Shown piece after piece: positions 57,228-61,914 of a stretch of DNA of 61,914 nucleotides (within the stretch, counting starts at the first letter, position 1; every line of letters starts with the position of its first letter). The translations under genes and the position numbers were made by a program. The notes beneath the pieces were generated by a model. It did not search any database. It saw nothing but the letters and a program-made list of their open reading frames with translations, and was not told where the DNA came from. The DNA is from Planctomycetota bacterium (GTDB lineage Bacteria; Planctomycetota; Phycisphaerae; SM23-33): NCBI GenBank assembly GCA_024275995.1, contig JAJRYB010000022.1, forward strand, positions 1-61,914. The letters run 5' to 3'.

Positions 57228-58613
57228 ATGAAACACGTTTCGATTTCCCTCACAGCAATTCTCATCCTCTCCGCGGTGGCTTTCGGCGGGAAGGGCTACC
57301 TCCTGTCGAAGAGGCCCGTGTTCCATGCGGGCGACGTTGCCGTCGTCGAATCGTTCGACAGGAGCGTTATGGAAGGCGTGACGCCGGACAGTAAGACGGT
57401 CCAGTCCAAAACGGACGTCAAGAAACTCCGCGCCGTCTGCGAGGTGCTCAAGACCGACGCCGACGGAACAATCCTGGAGTTTCGCACGAAGATAACGTCT
57501 CTCTTGCGAAAGATCACCGCCGCCTCAAGCGGACGCAAGCCCATCATCAGGAAGATGGAACTTGCTGACATTTACGTGACTTTCCGCAGGAAAGAGGGCA
57601 AATACCGCGCCGATACGACGAGTGTTCGCGCCGCCGGAGGGCTTACGGCGTCACAGGTCTACACACTCAAGGATTTCCTCGATAATTACGAGTCGTTCCC
57701 GACGTATCCCGAGAAAGACGCCCCGCTTCTGCCGACAGGCCCCATCGCCGTCGGGCAGACATGGAAACCCACGCAGGCGAAGATGGACGCGTGGGGTAAA
57801 TTGAACCCCAGCGTCAAGGAGATGAACGGACAAGCCGCCGCTGCCGAGTTCCGCCTGGAATCCGTAGAGAACGACCTGGCGACGATCGCCGGAAAGCTCG
57901 AGCTGACGGCAACACTGGGCGATCAGAACGTAAAAATGACGCCCGATCTCAGCGCAAAAATCGACCTCGGGTCAGGCCATTGGAAGCGGCGCGCCATGAA
58001 ACTGCGATTCTCGGTCAAGACGCCGGAAATAACCATGACGTTCGATTTTCAGAAGAAACTGGAAGCCGTTTTTCGAAAAGGCAAGGGCAAGGTATCCGTA
58101 TTACCGGAAAAACTCCACGATATCGGATGGAAGTCGCCCGGCGAGGATCGCAACAGCTACAAGGATCCCGCCAACGGTTTCAGCCTCGACATACCCAAAG
58201 GCTCCCAGGCCGGGCCGGTCCAGCCCAACAACCCGACGGTTGCAAAATTCCGCACACCCGACGGTGTGAGCGTCGCCGTTACACGGGTCAAGCTTCCGGT
58301 CCCGATGGACGTTGAAGATTTTATTCCAAGCATTCTCAAGGGTATGAAAAAGAACATGCCCACCTATGCGCTCTCAAAGCGGACTTCCCTGTCGCTTTCG
58401 GGCAACGTCCCGGCGATGCTGCTGGACGCCCTGAGCAAGAAAGCCGCCGTAAGGATGTTCACGGTCTTAGCGGTTGCCGGGGAGAACCTGCTGAGTGTCA
58501 CGTCCGGAAGCCCGGCGGGCAATGATAAGCTCGTGGAGCAGGCTCGCAAAATCGCCCTGACACTCCGCGTGTTCAAGCCCGTTCGCAAGGCTCTCCCGGC
58601 AGGCGAAAAGTGA
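57228..58613 (+). CDS. Hypothetical exported protein (possible PsbP/DcrB-like C-terminal domain)
   Basis: Signal peptide; YKDPANGFSLDIPKG opens a PsbP-like module (inference). Confidence 0.7.
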   Translation: MKHVSISLTAILILSAVAFGGKGYLLSKRPVFHAGDVAVVESFDRSVMEGVTPDSKTVQSKTDVKKLRAVCEVLKTDADGTILEFRTKITSLLRKITAASSGRKPIIRKMELADIYVTFRRKEGKYRADTTSVRAAGGLTASQVYTLKDFLDNYESFPTYPEKDAPLLPTGPIAVGQTWKPTQAKMDAWGKLNPSVKEMNGQAAAAEFRLESVENDLATIAGKLELTATLGDQNVKMTPDLSAKIDLGSGHWKRRAMKLRFSVKTPEITMTFDFQKKLEAVFRKGKGKVSVLPEKLHDIGWKSPGEDRNSYKDPANGFSLDIPKGSQAGPVQPNNPTVAKFRTPDGVSVAVTRVKLPVPMDVEDFIPSILKGMKKNMPTYALSKRTSLSLSGNVPAMLLDALSKKAAVRMFTVLAVAGENLLSVTSGSPAGNDKLVEQARKIALTLRVFKPVRKALPAGEK

Positions 58614-58628
58614 CCGTTTCAGCGTGCC

Positions 58629-58657
58629 TTGCATTTATTCCGGGCCCGTGATAGGGT
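58629..58657 (+). promoter_or_regulatory. Putative sigma70 promoter for pilD
   Basis: TTGCAT-N17-TAGGGT with an extended -10 TG. Confidence 0.35.
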
Positions 58658-58693
58658 CCGCCGCATAGCCACTTTACGAAAGCAAGGGCACTA

Positions 58694-59905
58694 ATGCAGA
58701 TGGACGTGATGTGGGTAATTTTCCTGTTCGCGCTCGGCGCGTGCATCGGCAGCTTCCTGAATGTCGTAATCTACCGCATGCCGCGTGGTCAGAGCATCGT
58801 CTTCCCAGCCAGCCATTGCCCGACCTGCGGGCGGGCGATTCAATGGTACGATAACATCCCCCTGCTGAGTTGGATGCGTCTGAAAGGCAAGTGCCGCTTC
58901 TGCAAGGCGTCGATCAGCCCGCGATATCTGCTCGTCGAGGCGACGACGGCGATCCTCGTAGGCGGCCTGTTCGTGTGCTACTACCTGCTCGACATCCGCG
59001 ACGGCGCAGGAACGTTAAGCCAATCCTGGCCGATGTTCGCCGCGCACGCCGTACTCCTCTGCGCGTTGTTTGCGTGCGCCATCATCGACATCGAACACTG
59101 GATCGTCCCGCTGGAAGTCTGCTGGTTCGCCTCCCTGGTCGGTATCGCCTCGGCCACGGCGGCGCCGCATGGGTGGATGCCACCGGTTTCACCATCTATC
59201 GGCGCTATGAGCCTGGGCGCCGTCGCCGGGCTTGGCATCTCGCTGCTGCTTATGCGATATGGGCTGATCCAGCAGAGTTTCCTCGATGCCGATGAGACGG
59301 CTGTGAACGCCGACAATGAGAAACACGGCAAAAAAAGCAAAAAAGGTAAAAACAGAAAATCCGTCGCCATAACGAAAGACCACGGCGTGAACCCGCGCAC
59401 CGAGGTGCTGCGCGAGCTGATCTTCCTTGCGCCGCCGATCGCGGGGGCGCTGACGGCGTATCTGCTCGTGACCCGCGTCGAGGCCATCGAGAAGGCGTGG
59501 TCTTTTCTGACGGCTTCCGCCATGCACGAAAAATGGTCTTACGCCTCTTACCTCAACGGGTTGCTGTCAGGACTGTTCGGATACCTCCTCGGAGGGGCGC
59601 TGGTCTGGGGCATGCGAATACTCGGCACGCTGGGCTTCGGAAAAGAAGCTATGGGCATGGGCGACGTGCACATCCTTGCCGCCGTCGGGGCGGTGTGCGG
59701 GTGGATCGTACCATCCATCGCCTTCTTCGTAGCGCCTTTTTTCGGCCTGATCTGGGCGATATACCTGCTGCTGGGACGCAACCAGCGGGAGCTGCCTTAC
59801 GGTCCCTGGCTGGCGGCTGCTTCGCTGGCGGTTATGCTGTTTTACGATGGTTTCCGCGAACTGCTCCGACCCTACGGCGTAGCGTTGGGTCTGTTCGCCA
59901 GATAG
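58694..59905 (+). CDS. pilD: Prepilin peptidase (A24)
   Basis: GSFLNVVIYRMP, SHCPTC, DNIP, KCRFC, IDIEH, MGMGD, LPYGPWL. Confidence 0.93.
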   Translation: MQMDVMWVIFLFALGACIGSFLNVVIYRMPRGQSIVFPASHCPTCGRAIQWYDNIPLLSWMRLKGKCRFCKASISPRYLLVEATTAILVGGLFVCYYLLDIRDGAGTLSQSWPMFAAHAVLLCALFACAIIDIEHWIVPLEVCWFASLVGIASATAAPHGWMPPVSPSIGAMSLGAVAGLGISLLLMRYGLIQQSFLDADETAVNADNEKHGKKSKKGKNRKSVAITKDHGVNPRTEVLRELIFLAPPIAGALTAYLLVTRVEAIEKAWSFLTASAMHEKWSYASYLNGLLSGLFGYLLGGALVWGMRILGTLGFGKEAMGMGDVHILAAVGAVCGWIVPSIAFFVAPFFGLIWAIYLLLGRNQRELPYGPWLAAASLAVMLFYDGFRELLRPYGVALGLFAR

Positions 59906-59917
59906 AAAGGTGGAAAC

Positions 59918-60244
59918 ATGAGATTCAAGGGATACCTCTATACGGTCTTCAGCGGACTTGTGCTGTTGGCGGCGGGATTGCTGATCGTCCTGCAATGGGC
60001 GCGGATCGCCCAGTTTTCACTGTTCGGATATCCTTACGATATCGTGAGCGTGGGCGATCAAGGCGTGAAGGGCGGCGTCAACACGGCGGTGCTTATTCTG
60101 GCGTCAATTGCGTTCGGAATAGTGTCGCCCTGGCTGGTGAAGCTGCTGTTCCGCGGGATCGGGCTCCTTCGCAAAGCAGGCAAGGCGGAGAAACTCGCCG
60201 TCAAGGCAGCCCAAAAGATAACCCCTCGCCAAGAACAGGCCTGA
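59918..60244 (+). CDS. Small two-TM membrane protein (LapA-like topology)
   Basis: RBS AAAGGTGG; two TM helices and a basic tail. Confidence 0.65.
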   Translation: MRFKGYLYTVFSGLVLLAAGLLIVLQWARIAQFSLFGYPYDIVSVGDQGVKGGVNTAVLILASIAFGIVSPWLVKLLFRGIGLLRKAGKAEKLAVKAAQKITPRQEQA

Positions 60245-60371
60245 GAGTAAATTGTAAATTGTTCGCAGGTAACGGAAAAATTCGGTAACAGGCGCTGTCA
60301 TGCCTGCCCCGATGAATCTATAATCCAGTGATCTTGGGAGTGTGGGGCAACATATGAAGGGAGTTTCGAAA

Positions 60372-61061
60372 ATGACACAATGCAGGCTGATGGGCTTGGT
60401 CGTGCTGGTGATCGTCAGTCTCTCCGCGATCGGATGCGGCGACAAGGAAAAGCAGATGATCCTCCAACTGGAGGGGCAGAACAACCAACTGACCAAGAAG
60501 AACCAGGACCTGGAGAGCCAGTTATCTCTCTCCAAGGGGAACGAAGCGCTTCTGATGGCGCAGATAGATCGTCAGAAGATGGACCTGACAAGCAAGGACA
60601 GCGAGATCACCCAGCTTAAGATGAAGCTCGCCTCCCCGCCGAAGGGCACAGGCACGTCCACCGCCGCCGGCTGGAAGACAACGACGTTCGGCGACCAGGT
60701 CACCGTCGGAAGCGACGTGCTGTTCAGCTCCGGACGGGCAACGCTGACGAGGGCAGGAAAACGGGCCCTGGACGCAATCGCAGCGACCATCACGGGCAGG
60801 TACGCCGGGCTGCCCGTGCGAGTCTACGGATATACCGACAGCGACCCGATCAAACGCACGAGAAAACTCTGGAAAGATAACCTGGATCTCTCGGCCAACC
60901 GCGCGATGGCGGTCACACGCTATCTCATCAGCAAGGGCGTGGACTCCGGACGGATCGAAACCATCGGGATGGGCGCAACGCATTTCGTCACAGACAACAG
61001 GGCGAAGGCGAGCAAGGCGAAGAACCGGCGCGTGGAGATCTTCGTCGTCAGGAAGCAGTGA
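60372..61061 (+). CDS. OmpA/MotB-family lipoprotein
   Basis: RBS AAGGGAG; lipobox AIGC; coiled coil; VLFSSG, VYGYTD, NLDLSANRA, NRRVEI. Confidence 0.9.
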   Translation: MTQCRLMGLVVLVIVSLSAIGCGDKEKQMILQLEGQNNQLTKKNQDLESQLSLSKGNEALLMAQIDRQKMDLTSKDSEITQLKMKLASPPKGTGTSTAAGWKTTTFGDQVTVGSDVLFSSGRATLTRAGKRALDAIAATITGRYAGLPVRVYGYTDSDPIKRTRKLWKDNLDLSANRAMAVTRYLISKGVDSGRIETIGMGATHFVTDNRAKASKAKNRRVEIFVVRKQ

Positions 61062-61104
61062 TTTTCCGTCGCGACTATATTTCCCGCGTTTTCACGGAAT
61101 CGAT

Positions 61105-61136
61105 CACAGCCTGCAGAGGGATCTCTGTGGGCTGTC
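61105..61136. terminator. Hairpin downstream of the OmpA/MotB gene
   Basis: ACAGCCTGCAGAG-GGAT-CTCTGTGGGCTGT stem with G-U pairs; no clear U-tract. Confidence 0.35.
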
Positions 61137-61241
61137 ACTCCGTGGATGATGCTGAGAAATATTCTCCCAACGTTTTACGATCTTTGTGATTATCGTAGTT
61201 ATGAAATATCCGCGACGCCCTCTCGGCAGACAGGCTTTCTC

Positions 61242-61862
61242 ATGATCGCCATCGTTGATTACGGCATGGGTAACCTTCGTAGCGTGCAGAAAGCGCTGCA
61301 ACTGGTTGGCGGTGATGCGCGCATCGTCAACGCGCCCGGCCAACTCGAAGGCGCGTCCAAGATCGTGCTTCCCGGAGTCGGAGCGTTCAGGGACGCGATC
61401 ACCCGCCTTCGTGATCAAGGACTCGACGAGCCAATTGTCCAGGCGGTCGAAGACGGCGTCACGCTGCTCGGAATATGCCTGGGATTGCAGCTGCTCTTCG
61501 ACGTTTCGTACGAAGACGGCGAGCACACAGGCCTGGGCGTGCTTCCGGGCAAGGTCGTCCGTTTCACCGTAGACAGGGACGCTTCCCCGCGAAAACTTTG
61601 CGTGCCGCACATAGGATGGAACCAGATCAATTGGTCACGTCCATGCCCGTTGTTGAACGGCATCGACCAGGGCGATTATGTGTACTTCGTCCACAGCTAC
61701 TACGTCGCACCGTTGGATGACGAGGCGGTTCTCACCACAACGGAGTACGGCTGCGCGTTCACTTCGTCGGTCTGGCGGGATAACGTGTACGCCACGCAGT
61801 TCCACCCGGAAAAGAGCCAGTCCGTCGGACTGCGAATGCTGGAGAACTTTGTGAGGCTCTAA
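61242..61862 (+). CDS. hisH: Imidazole glycerol phosphate synthase glutaminase subunit
   Basis: IVDYGMGNLRSV, LPGVGAF, GICLGLQ, PHIGWN, YFVHSY, QFHPEKS. Confidence 0.96.
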   Translation: MIAIVDYGMGNLRSVQKALQLVGGDARIVNAPGQLEGASKIVLPGVGAFRDAITRLRDQGLDEPIVQAVEDGVTLLGICLGLQLLFDVSYEDGEHTGLGVLPGKVVRFTVDRDASPRKLCVPHIGWNQINWSRPCPLLNGIDQGDYVYFVHSYYVAPLDDEAVLTTTEYGCAFTSSVWRDNVYATQFHPEKSQSVGLRMLENFVRL

Positions 61863-61914
61863 GAGTCCCTAACAGAATACCCCGTGGCCGCGACGCGAGG
61901 AATTTTGTTCGCAG
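61860..61914 (+). repeat. Possible left end of another MITE/IS-like element, truncated by the window end
   Basis: Starts at the hisH TAA (TAA|GAGTCCCTAACAGAA); the internal GGCCGCGACGCGAGGAATTTT..GCAG loosely echoes the 163-bp element. Confidence 0.35.

Noticed and set aside
60245-60340. Sigma28-like promoter (CCGATGA) upstream of the OmpA/MotB gene
   Set aside because: The -35 match and spacing do not fit, and no flagellar genes are nearby.

Overview
GC-rich (about 60%), gene-dense bacterial chromosome segment. It is probably from a planctomycete; this is inferred from the AroD-AroE fusion, the alpha2-type GlyRS, DUF4340/GldG-like ABC operons, a prenyltransferase-repeat lipoprotein and LPS genes. 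About 50 CDS are supportable. Housekeeping genes: trpS (partial), scpA, purF, glyQS, gnd, icd, ald, aroDE, argG, hisH, pilD. Also present: LPS genes (lpxK, hldE, gmhB-like), two ABC-2 exporter operons, a sugar-acid catabolic cluster (gnd-uxaE-SDR-HAD-Gfo-AKR plus an epimerase/aldolase pair) and a SpoIVB-type protease/beta-propeller pair. No rRNA, tRNA, transposase, integrase or cas gene was recognised. The most interesting signals are: (1) three copies of a ~163 bp TA-flanked MITE-like element with compensatory base changes, two of whose copies supply stop codons to host genes; (2) a ~0.9 kb non-coding island (25512-26400) with a 10-bp-periodic tract and a cas-less mini-array of 33-bp hairpin repeats with 23-bp spacers; (3) a single in-frame TAA in purF; (4) a low-GC patch inside glyQS; (5) a degenerate GGDEF domain that keeps its RxxD I-site. 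All assignments are by eye from motifs; no database search was run, and several start codons were moved downstream of the ORF-track starts.
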